In this document: in pieces, positions 42,923 to 53,759 of the stretch | Numbering within the stretch: position 1 is the stretch's first letter | Layout: every line of letters starts with the position of its first letter | Sequence record: OQ067374.1 | Direction: 5' to 3' (one strand) | DNA length: 64,000 nucleotides | Source of the DNA: Escherichia phage a20 | Position numbers and translations under genes: made by a program | The notes under the pieces: generated by a model | Database searches by the model: none | Told to the model about the DNA's origin: nothing | Seen by the model: the letters and a program-made list of their open reading frames with translations, nothing else

Positions 42923-44012
42923 CGTATGTTCGATTGAGCTCGCTAATTCTCAACCCGTTCTCTTATGAACTGCTGCATGTTACCATGCAGTCCAGACTAT
43001 ATCACAATCCCGGAGGGATTCTCCCCATTTCGAGTCGCTTGACCCTACGTCCGAAGACTAGTCGTTGAACCTTGTTTTGCAATTGTCGCCGTGCCATCGT
43101 TTATATGTTGATGGTGATAAATCTTTCTTATCACAATATGGACAATTCAATTGAATTCTATTTGGATTTAATTTACATCTGTCATTATGTTTTAGATAAA
43201 ATCCAGGACCTTTACCAATGTGACCACAAAAATCACATGTGATTTCTTTTTGTGCAGGATGGGTCCCGTTCTTAACCATTTCTAATGTTTTTGCTGATGT
43301 TCTTTTCTTATGGTCTTCTGATAAGAAATGATGTGAACCGTCATTTACCCGTTTTGATTGAGTTTCTGACTGCATTTTACCACCGCAAAATACATGAGTA
43401 CCTTCTTTTATAGCTGCAATATTGCGTTCTTTAACTTTTGCAATATGCTCAGCTTGTTGAAAATTATGTATACCTAATGCAACTCTATTTAAATTAGATT
43501 TACGCTGTATTTCACCATCTAAAAGATGAAATGTACCATTTTCTATCTTAGATTTAATAGAGGCAATATTTTTAGCTCGTACTTCAGGGATATTAAAAAT
43601 CTGGATTTCTCTAGATTTTGCGGCTTTAGAAGCTAATTCAGAAATTTCTTCAGGAGAATATTTCATTCTAAGCTTTATAGCATGACAAGCCTGGTAATCT
43701 TTTTGAGCTAAATGTATATCATAATGTTCCTGTATAGAAAGGCACATCAAATTATCTAAATCATTATTTTCACGGTTACCGTCTTTATGATGGATTTCGT
43801 ATGTTCTTCCATCAGAATCTTTAGGTATAGGTCCGTTAGCATCTATCCAAATTTTTCTATAGTTCAATTGTGCATCCTCTTAAAAGTATAATCATATTTA
43901 TATTATACTAATTAAAGGTGCAAGCAAAACCTTGGCTGCTAGTTTTCCTATAAAGGACTTTCCAGCAATTAAAGGAGTTTTCGATAAACGTTACCGTTTA
44001 AAGGCGCATTTT
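42923..44012 (-). mobile_element. group I intron in nrdB (about 1090 nt) carrying an I-TevIII-like HNH homing endonuclease ORF
   Basis: nrdB reading frame is interrupted by in-frame TAA right after ...EAIRFYVSFA and resumes about 1.1 kb downstream; intron 3' region has GTTCAACGACTAGTC and TAGGGTCAAGCGACTCGAAA elements paralleling the td intron; boundaries inferred. Confidence 0.8.
43058..43867 (-). CDS. intron-encoded HNH homing endonuclease (I-TevIII-like, full length)
   Basis: 269 aa; HNH motif EIHHKDGNRENNDLDNLM; Cys-rich C-terminal zinc-finger-like region; apparent TTG start 7 nt after SD AAGAGGA. Confidence 0.85.
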   Translation of the reverse strand: MNYRKIWIDANGPIPKDSDGRTYEIHHKDGNRENNDLDNLMCLSIQEHYDIHLAQKDYQACHAIKLRMKYSPEEISELASKAAKSREIQIFNIPEVRAKNIASIKSKIENGTFHLLDGEIQRKSNLNRVALGIHNFQQAEHIAKVKERNIAAIKEGTHVFCGGKMQSETQSKRVNDGSHHFLSEDHKKRTSAKTLEMVKNGTHPAQKEITCDFCGHIGKGPGFYLKHNDRCKLNPNRIQLNCPYCDKKDLSPSTYKRWHGDNCKTRFND

Positions 44013-44688
44013 ACGCAAAAGATACATAAAAACGAATAGCTTCTAAGGCATTAATAACGTGCAAACAGAGGTAAAGAGATTTCATTAAAGCACGTTTAGC
44101 TTCGGCTTCTTGTTTAATAGCTCGGTTTAAACGAAAGTCGGCATCAGGAGATTCTTTAGCTAATTCTACAAATTCTTTAGCATTTTCCCAATAACGAGTT
44201 TTAACCAGAACATCATCGTAATAGCGACCAATAGATTCAGCTCGTTTCATGATTGCTTCGTCTAATACAATCTCATCAAATACCTTAGATGGGTCCGTAT
44301 AAAGATTTCGCATAATATGAGTATACGAACGAGAGTGAATAGTTTCACTGAATGTCCATGTTGCAACCCACGTATCTAATGAAGGGTCGGAAATCAGTGC
44401 CATAAGTACCGCAGATGGGGCCCTGCCTTGGATAGAATCTAATAATGATTGATACTTAAGATTGTTTGTAAAGATGTCCTGTTGGAACTGAGGAAGCTTA
44501 TTGAACTGCGCAGAGTCCAACATCAAGTTTACCTCTTCTGGGCGCCAGAAAAACGACAATTGCTTTTCAATAAGTTCTTCAAAAACTTTATGTCGCTGAA
44601 TATCATAACGTGCGAGGCCAAGACCAGAACCAAAGAACATTGGTTCATTCAAAACATCGACTTGTTGTGTGTTAAAAACTGTACTCAT
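44013..44688 (-). CDS. nrdB: ribonucleotide reductase small subunit NrdB, exon 1
   Basis: N-terminal half of R2 (FSETIHSRSYTHI, EAIRFYVSFA) as in E. coli and T4 NrdB. Confidence 0.9.
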
Positions 44689-44743
44689 TATATTTTCTCA
44701 CTTAGTTATTAACTCATCCATGAGTAAATTATAATCAAAAGTC

Positions 44744-47008
44744 TTAAAGCTTACAAGCAGAACAATCTTCAGCTTTAGGTGTTTCTAATTCATAGTCATC
44801 TGTACCTGACCCATCACGAGTGTTATGATAGTAGAGGTTTTTTCCGCCAAAGTACCAGAAGTAAAGCAGATCGTCAAGCATTACTGACATTGGCACTTTA
44901 CCTTTCTCAAATACTGCAGGGTCATAGTAAGTATTAGCAGAAGCAGATTGGCACACCCATTTCAACATGATAGCAACTTGGGTCAAATAAGGTTTATTAC
45001 CTTTCTTAGCAAGTTTCCACGCATAATCGTAAAGACTCATGTTATGTTCGATATTAGGAACAACCTGACGGAAGTTGCCTTCTTTAGATTCTTTAATACT
45101 TACTGGACCACGTGGGGGCTCAATCCCGTTTGTAGAGTTTGATACTTGACTGCTTGACTCACAAGGCATGAGTGCAGACAACGTTGAGTTACGAATTCCA
45201 TGTTCTTTGAGTTCAGCTCGAAGTTCTTCCCAGTCACATACGTAGTTCGGGGCTGCGATTTGGTCAATCTTTTTATTGTACCAGTCGATAGGTAATTCGC
45301 CTCTAGACCATTTAGTGTCTGAATAATACTCGCAACATCCTTTTTCTTTGGCGAGTTTGATTGATGCTTTGATAAGGCCATATTGCAATCTCTCAAACAA
45401 TTCATGAGTCAAATCGTTAGCGTCTTCATATGAAGCAAAGTTAGAAGCTAACCATGCAGCATAGTTCGTAACACCAACACCAAGATTACGACGCTTTTTA
45501 GCTTTTAAAGCTTCTGGAACCGGATAATCCTGATAGTCTAACAGGTTATCAAGTGCACGTACTTGTACTTCAGCAAGTTCATTAATTTTATCTTGGTCTT
45601 GCCAATCAAATTTATCCAATACAAAAGCAGATAATGTGCATAAACCAATTTCAGCATCAGGACCATTCACATCATTAGTTGGAATAGCGATTTCACAACA
45701 TAAGTTACTCTGACGAATTGGAGCTTTTTCACGAATAAACGGAGTGTAGTTATTCGTGTTATCAACAAACTGTGGATAAATTCGAGCAGTACCAGAACGT
45801 TCAGTCATGAACAATTCAAAGAGTTCTAGTGCTTTGATTCTTTTCTTTCTGATTGTTGGGTCTTTTTCAGCTTTCTCATAAAGCTCACGGAATTTATCTT
45901 GATCTTCAAAGAATGAGTAATATAGTTCGCCTGACATTTCGTGAGGGCTAAATAAAGTAATATAATCATTTTTACCAAGGCGTTCCATCATAAGGTCATT
46001 AATCTGAATTCCGTAGTCCATATGTCGAATACGGTTTTCATCCACGCCTTTGTTATTTTTCAGAACTAATAGGTTCTCTACTTCTAAGTGCCACATCGGA
46101 TAATACGCTGTAGCAGCACCACCACGAATACCACCTTGAGAACAAGATTTTACTGCAGTTTGGAAATGTTTCCAGAATGGAATAACACCCGTATGTCGAA
46201 CTTCACCCATACCGATCTTAGAACCTTCTGCACGAAGCATACCAACGTTGATACCAATACCAGCTCGTTTAGAAATATATTCAATAATTGATGCTGAAGT
46301 TTTGTTAATAGATTTTAACGAATCACCGGCTTCAATAACTACACAACTAGAGAACTGGCGAGTCGGAGTACGAGCACCTGCCATAATTGGAGTAGGCAAT
46401 GAAACTTGATGAGTAGAAACGGCGTCATAAAAACGAATAATATGTTTCAAACGGTCATGAGTTTCGTCTTGGTGTAAGGCCATGCCAATAGCCATGATAG
46501 CAAACTGTGGAGTTTCATAAATCTTCCCGGTTGTTTTATCTTTAACTAGATATTTTTCTTTAAGCTGCATAGCACCAGCATAAGTCAGGTCAAAGTCTCG
46601 TTCATGTTTAATCTGTGAATCGAGATAAATGATTTCTTCTGCTGAATATTGAGACAACAGCTCAGGGTCATATTTGCCTTCATTAACACAATAAGAAATA
46701 TGGTCGATAAAAGCAGGCGGTTCAAACTGCCCATATACATCTTTACGAAGTGCAAACATTAGCCCTTTGGCGGCGACATACTGATAATCAGGTTCTTCGA
46801 CAGAAATCGAGTTAGCTGCAACTTTAATACAAATCTTCTGGATATCTTTGGTGCTCATCCCATCGACAAGATGGGTCTTAATTTCTTCGTACAATTCATA
46901 TGGGTCAATTTGTGTTCCTTCACATTGCCAAGTTAAGACTTGAATAATTTTCTGTGCATCAAAATTTTGGGATACACCTGAATTTTTCACTACTTTAAAA
47001 TTATACAT
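44744..47008 (-). CDS. nrdA: ribonucleotide reductase large subunit NrdA
   Basis: 754 aa, same length as T4 NrdA; class Ia RNR with conserved catalytic NLCxE segment. Confidence 0.96.
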   Translation of the reverse strand: MYNFKVVKNSGVSQNFDAQKIIQVLTWQCEGTQIDPYELYEEIKTHLVDGMSTKDIQKICIKVAANSISVEEPDYQYVAAKGLMFALRKDVYGQFEPPAFIDHISYCVNEGKYDPELLSQYSAEEIIYLDSQIKHERDFDLTYAGAMQLKEKYLVKDKTTGKIYETPQFAIMAIGMALHQDETHDRLKHIIRFYDAVSTHQVSLPTPIMAGARTPTRQFSSCVVIEAGDSLKSINKTSASIIEYISKRAGIGINVGMLRAEGSKIGMGEVRHTGVIPFWKHFQTAVKSCSQGGIRGGAATAYYPMWHLEVENLLVLKNNKGVDENRIRHMDYGIQINDLMMERLGKNDYITLFSPHEMSGELYYSFFEDQDKFRELYEKAEKDPTIRKKRIKALELFELFMTERSGTARIYPQFVDNTNNYTPFIREKAPIRQSNLCCEIAIPTNDVNGPDAEIGLCTLSAFVLDKFDWQDQDKINELAEVQVRALDNLLDYQDYPVPEALKAKKRRNLGVGVTNYAAWLASNFASYEDANDLTHELFERLQYGLIKASIKLAKEKGCCEYYSDTKWSRGELPIDWYNKKIDQIAAPNYVCDWEELRAELKEHGIRNSTLSALMPCESSSQVSNSTNGIEPPRGPVSIKESKEGNFRQVVPNIEHNMSLYDYAWKLAKKGNKPYLTQVAIMLKWVCQSASANTYYDPAVFEKGKVPMSVMLDDLLYFWYFGGKNLYYHNTRDGSGTDDYELETPKAEDCSACKL

Positions 47009-47648
47009 AATAATTCCATGTTGGATAATTTGATGATTTTAGACGGCGTCTAACCGTTTGGGTGCTCATAGATAAAATTATTGACGCTTCATTTAATGTA
47101 TCATATATTACGTCGTTTATAATTACTTTCTTTGCAAATGGATTCTTAGCTCCTATCATAGCATTAGAAATAGCTTGCTTAGTTGATTCTTTTAATGGGA
47201 CTCCTTTAGAAATTTTTGATTTAATTTTTATATTGTATTGTCCACGTTTTTTACCTAATAAAGAATTTCGTATCTTTTCTTTAGTCTCTTCAGATTTAAC
47301 ATGTCCTAGTTTGGAACGAGATATTTTATCTTTTGTTTTTTGGTCTAATTTTCGCCCTTTAAGCAAATCAACCATTTTTGCTCTAGTCCATCCAAATTCT
47401 TTATTATTTCTAGAACTCATTAAATTAACCGCGGTTGCTAAACCTAAATTGTTCGGATATATTTTTAATAAAAGAAGATGAGCCAAATAATGTTCTGAAT
47501 ATGTTAATTTAACTAGATTGTATGACTCATTGGTGCCACCTAAACATTTTGGGATTATATGATGCCATTCACCATCTATATCTTCAAAATTTCTTTCTTT
47601 ATTTACCAAGTTTTTATATATTTTTAAATAATCCATAGTATAATCCAC
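47001..47648 (-). CDS. free-standing HNH homing endonuclease
   Basis: 215 aa; HNH core GEWHHIIPKCLGGTNESYNLVKLTYSEHYLAH; C-terminal SxxxKxKI repeats and HTH-like tail; stop overlaps nrdA start (ATGTATAA). Confidence 0.85.
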   Translation of the reverse strand: MDYTMDYLKIYKNLVNKERNFEDIDGEWHHIIPKCLGGTNESYNLVKLTYSEHYLAHLLLLKIYPNNLGLATAVNLMSSRNNKEFGWTRAKMVDLLKGRKLDQKTKDKISRSKLGHVKSEETKEKIRNSLLGKKRGQYNIKIKSKISKGVPLKESTKQAISNAMIGAKNPFAKKVIINDVIYDTLNEASIILSMSTQTVRRRLKSSNYPTWNYYV

Positions 47649-47711
47649 TTTGTAGTATCAACGGGATAGTATTTATCCCGTTAATTTATTATACACTTTT
47701 AAACTGAAGCG

Positions 47712-47966
47712 TTAATTATCCTCAGCAATAATTTCTTTATATTCTTTAGGAGTCAAGACTGTGATATTGAAATAAACCAACGGTTCTTTTTCTATACCGA
47801 ATCCACCACAGAATTCACGATATTCATAAATTCGTTCATGTGAATAACAAATGAATCGTTCACCTTTAACTGTGATTTCACTATTCGGTGAAGGGATATC
47901 TAGTTCGGTAGGATTTTTCATTTCAAAAATTGTGGTGCCATATGAATTAATAAAACGTAAAATCAT
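47712..47966 (-). CDS. hypothetical protein (nrdA.1-like)
   Basis: 84-aa ORF; its ATG directly follows the td stop (TAAATG). Confidence 0.5.
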   Translation of the reverse strand: MILRFINSYGTTIFEMKNPTELDIPSPNSEITVKGERFICYSHERIYEYREFCGGFGIEKEPLVYFNITVLTPKEYKEIIAEDN

Positions 47967-48278
47967 TTATACCGCCATTTTAGCTTTGATAGTTGGATGA
48001 GATTCATAATTTTTAAGAACGAAATCAGAATGTGTCATCGTTCCAGTAACCCAGTCCATTTGGATTTTTGTAGGCCAATTCTCAAAATTACTAGGCCAAT
48101 TAATTTCAAGAGAACACAACTCTTTAGGTTCACGACGAAGAACTTCTTTGCATTGTTCTACATGATTGCTGTAGATATGCGTGTTGCCGCCTGAGAACAC
48201 TAAATCACCTGGGATAAGGTTACACATCTTCGCTACAATATGCGTCAAGGCAGCGTACGAGGCAATGTTGAACGGTAG
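47967..48278 (-). CDS. td: thymidylate synthase, exon 2
   Basis: Encodes LPFNIASYAALTHIVAKMCNL...KAKMAV, the TS C-terminus; 3' splice junction ...CTGAACATAATG|CTACCG matches the T4 td intron. Confidence 0.92.
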   Translation of the reverse strand, partial: LPFNIASYAALTHIVAKMCNLIPGDLVFSGGNTHIYSNHVEQCKEVLRREPKELCSLEINWPSNFENWPTKIQMDWVTGTMTHSDFVLKNYESHPTIKAKMAV

Positions 48279-49294
48279 CATTATGTTCAGATAAGGTCGT
48301 TAATCTTATCCCGGAATTATATCCAGCTGCATGTCACCATGCAGAGCAGACTATATCTCCAACTTGTTAAAGCAAGTTGTCTATCGTTTCGAGTCACTTG
48401 ACCCTACTCCCTAAAGGGATAGTCGTTAGGCATTTATGTAGAACCAATTCCACTTATCAGATTTTACACGGTAAGTAACTAATCCTGATGAAATTTCAAA
48501 ATGTCTAGCCGCATCGGCTGCACATTCAAAAATAATCCCATCGCATGAAATCTTTTTGATGTTAGCTGGCTTTTTGCCTTTCATCTTTTCAGATAGTTTA
48601 GTTTTAGTTTTTTCTGAATGTTTGTGATTAAAGAACGGGTTATTTTCACCTGAACGTTTTCGGCACTTTCCACAAGTATCGGCCGAAGATGGTATGCGAA
48701 CACCGCATTTACAAAACTTGTGGTTTTCTGGATTCCATCGGCCATTTTTACTTCCGTGTTTACCATAAAGAGCTTTCCGACCATCAGGACCAAGCTTAAG
48801 CATCTTAGCTTTAACAGTTTCAGCTCGTTTCTTAGCAATTTCTTCTTTTAATGGATGATTTGAAAGCACATCACCAAAAGACGCATCAGCAATATTATAT
48901 CCATTAATTTTAGAATTTAGCTCTTTAATCCAAAAATTTTCTCGTTCAATAATCAAATCTTTCTCATATGGAATTTCTTCCAGTACAGAGCATTCAAAAA
49001 CATTACCATGTTTATTAAAAGACCTTTGAAATTTTATAGAAGAGTGAACACCGTTTTCAAGGTCTTTAAAATGTCTCTTCCATCTTTTCTCAAAATCTTT
49101 AGCACTTCCAACATACACTTTACCGTTTAAAGTGTTTTTAATCTGATAAATTCCGCTTTTCATAAACACCTCTTTTTATATAGAAGTATTTATTAAAGGG
49201 TAGTCCTACAATTTAGCACGGGATTGTCTACTAGAGAGGTCCCCCGTTTAGATAGATTACAAGTATAAGTCACCTTATACCTAGGCCTAAATTA
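48279..49294 (-). mobile_element. group I intron in td (1016 nt) carrying I-TevI
   Basis: 5' exon ends ...TTAGGT; intron begins TAATTTAGGCCTAGGTATAAGGTGACTTATACTTGTAATC and ends ...AACGACCTTATCTGAACATAATG, as in the T4 td intron; length 1016 nt. Confidence 0.92.
48426..49163 (-). CDS. intron-encoded GIY-YIG homing endonuclease I-TevI
   Basis: 245 aa from MKSGIYQIKNTLNGKVYVGSAKDFEKRW (GIY-YIG motif); Cys4 zinc finger and C-terminal DNA-binding domain. Confidence 0.95.
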   Translation of the reverse strand: MKSGIYQIKNTLNGKVYVGSAKDFEKRWKRHFKDLENGVHSSIKFQRSFNKHGNVFECSVLEEIPYEKDLIIERENFWIKELNSKINGYNIADASFGDVLSNHPLKEEIAKKRAETVKAKMLKLGPDGRKALYGKHGSKNGRWNPENHKFCKCGVRIPSSADTCGKCRKRSGENNPFFNHKHSEKTKTKLSEKMKGKKPANIKKISCDGIIFECAADAARHFEISSGLVTYRVKSDKWNWFYINA

Positions 49295-50666
<1,372 letters not shown>

Positions 50667-50675
50667 TGTATTTTC

Positions 50676-50933
50676 TCAAACAGACTTTTTCACAATTTTC
50701 CAATCAGCTTTAAATTGGTCGACATCCGAGTGATAAATCCAGAATCCGGATGATATACCATCTTCGTAGAGTGGACATCCATCACATTCTTCGTTCCAAC
50801 CCATTTCACGTAAAGCTTCTTCGGCTTGTTCAAGGAGTTCAACATCTTTACCAACGATGTTGAAGTACCATTTACCTCTAACTTCAGAATCTTTGATACT
50901 CTGGCGTTGCAATCTCATTTTATTCTCCTTCAC
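50676..50933 (-). CDS. hypothetical protein (frd.2-like)
   Basis: 85-aa ORF. Confidence 0.5.
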   Translation of the reverse strand: MKENKMRLQRQSIKDSEVRGKWYFNIVGKDVELLEQAEEALREMGWNEECDGCPLYEDGISSGFWIYHSDVDQFKADWKIVKKSV

Positions 50934-50979
50934 TTTTATTTGATAGGGCTACTATAACATAACCCTATCTGATTGTACA

Positions 50980-51372
50980 CTACTTTTTAAAAGTTTTTTG
51001 CAAAAGATTGATGATTTCGTCGACGTTGGTTTCATCTACGATACAATGGATTTTTGTTACACCTAAAGCTATACCTTCGTTAGTAGTTTGAGACTTTACT
51101 AAATCTACCTCAGTAAAGTATTTGAACTCGTCAGGATAAATCTCAAAATAAGTTTCAATTTCACCACCGGCAGAACATACAGTACCGTCTTCCATAGTTA
51201 CACTTACTACGTTTGACGTATCGCTATCATAATCAGGTTCCATTCCGTTTACAACAAAACTAGGCCCGTGGAGTTCAATCAATTTTAACATCTTAGCGTT
51301 ATTGTGTGGTGCTTCTTGAACAAAGTCGTCTTTAAATAAAGGGTTAATGATATAAGATTTTCCGATTTCCAT
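50980..51372 (-). CDS. hypothetical protein (frd.3-like)
   Basis: 130-aa ORF; early promoter at 51402-51430. Confidence 0.55.
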   Translation of the reverse strand: MEIGKSYIINPLFKDDFVQEAPHNNAKMLKLIELHGPSFVVNGMEPDYDSDTSNVVSVTMEDGTVCSAGGEIETYFEIYPDEFKYFTEVDLVKSQTTNEGIALGVTKIHCIVDETNVDEIINLLQKTFKK

Positions 51373-51401
51373 TTTGATTTCCTCATGTTGTTGATAGGTC
51401 T

Positions 51402-51430
51402 ATACTAACACATCCAGGGAAGAAGTAAAC
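51402..51430 (-). promoter_or_regulatory. early-type promoter for the frd.3-like gene
   Basis: Minus-strand GTTTAC, 17 nt, TAGTAT. Confidence 0.45.
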
Positions 51431-51461
51431 AACTTTTTCGGCAATTTACAGATACTCAAAA

Positions 51462-51479
51462 GGGAGACCGAAGTCTCCC
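51462..51479 (-). terminator. terminator after gene 32
   Basis: Minus-strand GGGAGAC-UUCG-GUCUCCC followed by UUUUG, directly downstream of the gene 32 stop. Confidence 0.75.
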
Positions 51480-51485
51480 AATTTA

Positions 51486-52388
51486 TTATAGACCAGCTAA
51501 CAGGTCATCGAGGTCGCCATCATCAGAGGATGAGGTAGAGCTCATGAAGTCATCTTCAGTTTTTGCAGAACTAAAGGCTTCCATGTCTTTATCAAAATCG
51601 TCAAGGTCAGAAGCAACTTTATCTGCAACAGAAGCTGCTGCGGCTGCTGCACCACCAAGAGCGGCAGTACCAAGAACCTTAGCGAAAGATTCATTTAATT
51701 TTTCAAAGGATTTGAACTGGTCTTTAGCCGTCAAAGTAGTAAGGTCTACCATCTGGTCATATAGTTCTTTCTGGAATGCTTCGTCATTAATACGAGGAAT
51801 TTCAGATTGACCCAAGAATTTAGATTCGTCATAGTTGCTAAAACCTGAAACCTGCTTAGCTTTCAGAACGAAGTTAGCACCTTCAAACGGACAAGTAACA
51901 TCAACTGGAGTTTCACCCATTTCAGTATCAACAGCAATCATTGCATTGATTTTGTCCCAAATCTTTTTACCGAAACGATATTTAAATACTTTACCTTCGT
52001 TATCTGGAGCTTGAGGGTCTTTAACAACCAGAATATTAGCCCAATAAGAAGTTTTACGTTTCAGTTGAGAATATTCATTTTTATTGGTATTGTACAGGTC
52101 GTTTTTACTAATGTACTGACATACAGGACAAGAGTCGTAATCACCGTGTGTAGAAGAGCAATTTTCAATATACCATTTACCATTTTTCTTGAACCCGTGG
52201 TTAACAAGAATTGCAAATGGTAGTGCATCATCAGTTTTTGCTGGCAAGAAACGAATTACCGCTTGACCATTACCTGATGCATCTAGCTTCAGCTTCCATT
52301 CGCCTTTATCTTCTGAAGAGAAACCTTTGTTACCGTTCAGTTTAGCCATTTGAGCAGCGAGGTCAGCAGTAGATTTACGTTTAAACAT
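51486..52388 (-). CDS. 32: single-stranded DNA-binding protein gp32
   Basis: 300 aa; begins [23 protein letters not shown]; zinc-binding Cys/His cluster; acidic C-terminus. Confidence 0.97.
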   Translation of the reverse strand: MFKRKSTADLAAQMAKLNGNKGFSSEDKGEWKLKLDASGNGQAVIRFLPAKTDDALPFAILVNHGFKKNGKWYIENCSSTHGDYDSCPVCQYISKNDLYNTNKNEYSQLKRKTSYWANILVVKDPQAPDNEGKVFKYRFGKKIWDKINAMIAVDTEMGETPVDVTCPFEGANFVLKAKQVSGFSNYDESKFLGQSEIPRINDEAFQKELYDQMVDLTTLTAKDQFKSFEKLNESFAKVLGTAALGGAAAAAASVADKVASDLDDFDKDMEAFSSAKTEDDFMSSTSSSDDGDLDDLLAGL

Positions 52389-52505
52389 TATATTTACCTT
52401 TTATTTAGATTATTTAATTTATTTACAGTTGGTTGCTACGACACTTATACCTCGTAGCTGGTATGATTTATTTATAAAGTAATTTTAACACACAAGAAAT
52501 AAAGC

Positions 52506-53159
52506 TTAATACTTACATGATTTGATTGTTTCTATGAACAATTTCTTAGCAGCATTTCCATCGATTTGAAGTATTTTTCGATATGCCTTTAATTTGGTAG
52601 AATAATTTTGCCAAACTAAGTTATCGGTGAGTTCGTCGTGCTTATCTATAATATTCAAAAACGAGTCCAACAATAAGAAAGTTTCAAATGAAATTATATT
52701 GCTTTGTAGCAATTTAAATATGTAGCTCGACTGAACGTTGTTATTATAATCAAATATCTCTTGAAGCGCACTAACTTCAACTTTCTTACTGAAATAGTAG
52801 ATGTTACGTACGTCTTCAGCAAACGACTCTTTAGCTTGTTTGAGACGTCCAATATATTCCCTATAGAAAACTAATGCATCAGCGTCCGATATCTCACCAA
52901 TCCATGCGTCTTGGTTAGCAACTAAGTTGCTTATGAATATCAAGGTGAGTTCCTTCAATTTATATTTCTCTGCTAGTTTTTCAAAGAAATATTTATCTCG
53001 GCGTTTTTGATACGCATTATCCGAAACACGCATGCACCAGTTATATTTGATTACATCATACCGACCACCAAAGTGGTTTTTGCACATCAAGTATAGTTTA
53101 TATACTGATTTACCGTTAATATAACGTTCTCCGTCAGGAGGCATGCGTATTTTAATCAT
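52506..53159 (-). CDS. 59: helicase loader gp59
   Basis: 217 aa, same length as T4 gp59. Confidence 0.95.
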   Translation of the reverse strand: MIKIRMPPDGERYINGKSVYKLYLMCKNHFGGRYDVIKYNWCMRVSDNAYQKRRDKYFFEKLAEKYKLKELTLIFISNLVANQDAWIGEISDADALVFYREYIGRLKQAKESFAEDVRNIYYFSKKVEVSALQEIFDYNNNVQSSYIFKLLQSNIISFETFLLLDSFLNIIDKHDELTDNLVWQNYSTKLKAYRKILQIDGNAAKKLFIETIKSCKY

Positions 53160-53494
53160 AATAAGAAATCTAACGTATTAGTTTTTTCACCACGAGCAAC
53201 TGATGGGCGAAGCATGTTTTCGTCAATTGCTTCGCTTGTAATTTTTTCAACAATTCCTGTAGGAATAAATTTAGCAAATTGTGTTTCTGGAATAGAATTT
53301 TCTTCCAAGAAAGCAGTTGTTGCTTCTAAATAAGACATACCAAATTGTTCAACCATAGATTCGATAATGAATCCGTTTTCTTGGCGGTCAAGCAATTTAG
53401 CGATATCATCTTTATCGTGTTTTACTGCTAATTCTTGTTCAGACAAACCGGCCTCATCAACCGGTTTAATATCACTTAGTGAAAACTGTGTCAT
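53156..53494 (-). CDS. 33: late transcription co-activator gp33
   Basis: 112 aa, same length as T4 gp33; synteny 59-33-dsbA-rnh. Confidence 0.85.
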   Translation of the reverse strand: MTQFSLSDIKPVDEAGLSEQELAVKHDKDDIAKLLDRQENGFIIESMVEQFGMSYLEATTAFLEENSIPETQFAKFIPTGIVEKITSEAIDENMLRPSVARGEKTNTLDFLL

Positions 53495-53759
53495 AAAGCT
53501 CGACTACCTCTTCGTTTTCAGCTTCAAATTGGTCACGAGCGTCTTTATGATAAAGAGCTAACAAACGATTAAACATTTTTCCATCAACGCCAAGCTCTTC
53601 TTTAGCACGAGTACGAATGTCTTTAATCAGTTCATTATAACCAGAAATTTTAAGTTTGTTATCGGAAGCTTCCTTGACTAGTTTAGCCAGTTCTTCACCA
53701 TGCACATCTTGATTAAATTCAACTGCTTCTTTCTTAGCCATGTTTACCTCAGAATTCAT
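53472..53759 (-). CDS. dsbA: double-stranded DNA-binding protein DsbA
   Basis: 95-aa ORF between rnh and 33. Confidence 0.7.
   Translation of the reverse strand: MNSEVNMAKKEAVEFNQDVHGEELAKLVKEASDNKLKISGYNELIKDIRTRAKEELGVDGKMFNRLLALYHKDARDQFEAENEEVVELYDTVFTK

Noticed and set aside
42564-42968. 134-aa plus-strand ORF across nrdB exon 2 and the intron boundary
   Set aside because: Antisense to nrdB exon 2; no start context.
47062-47481. 139-aa plus-strand ORF inside the HNH endonuclease gene
   Set aside because: Antisense shadow ORF; the HNH frame has clear catalytic motifs, this one has none.
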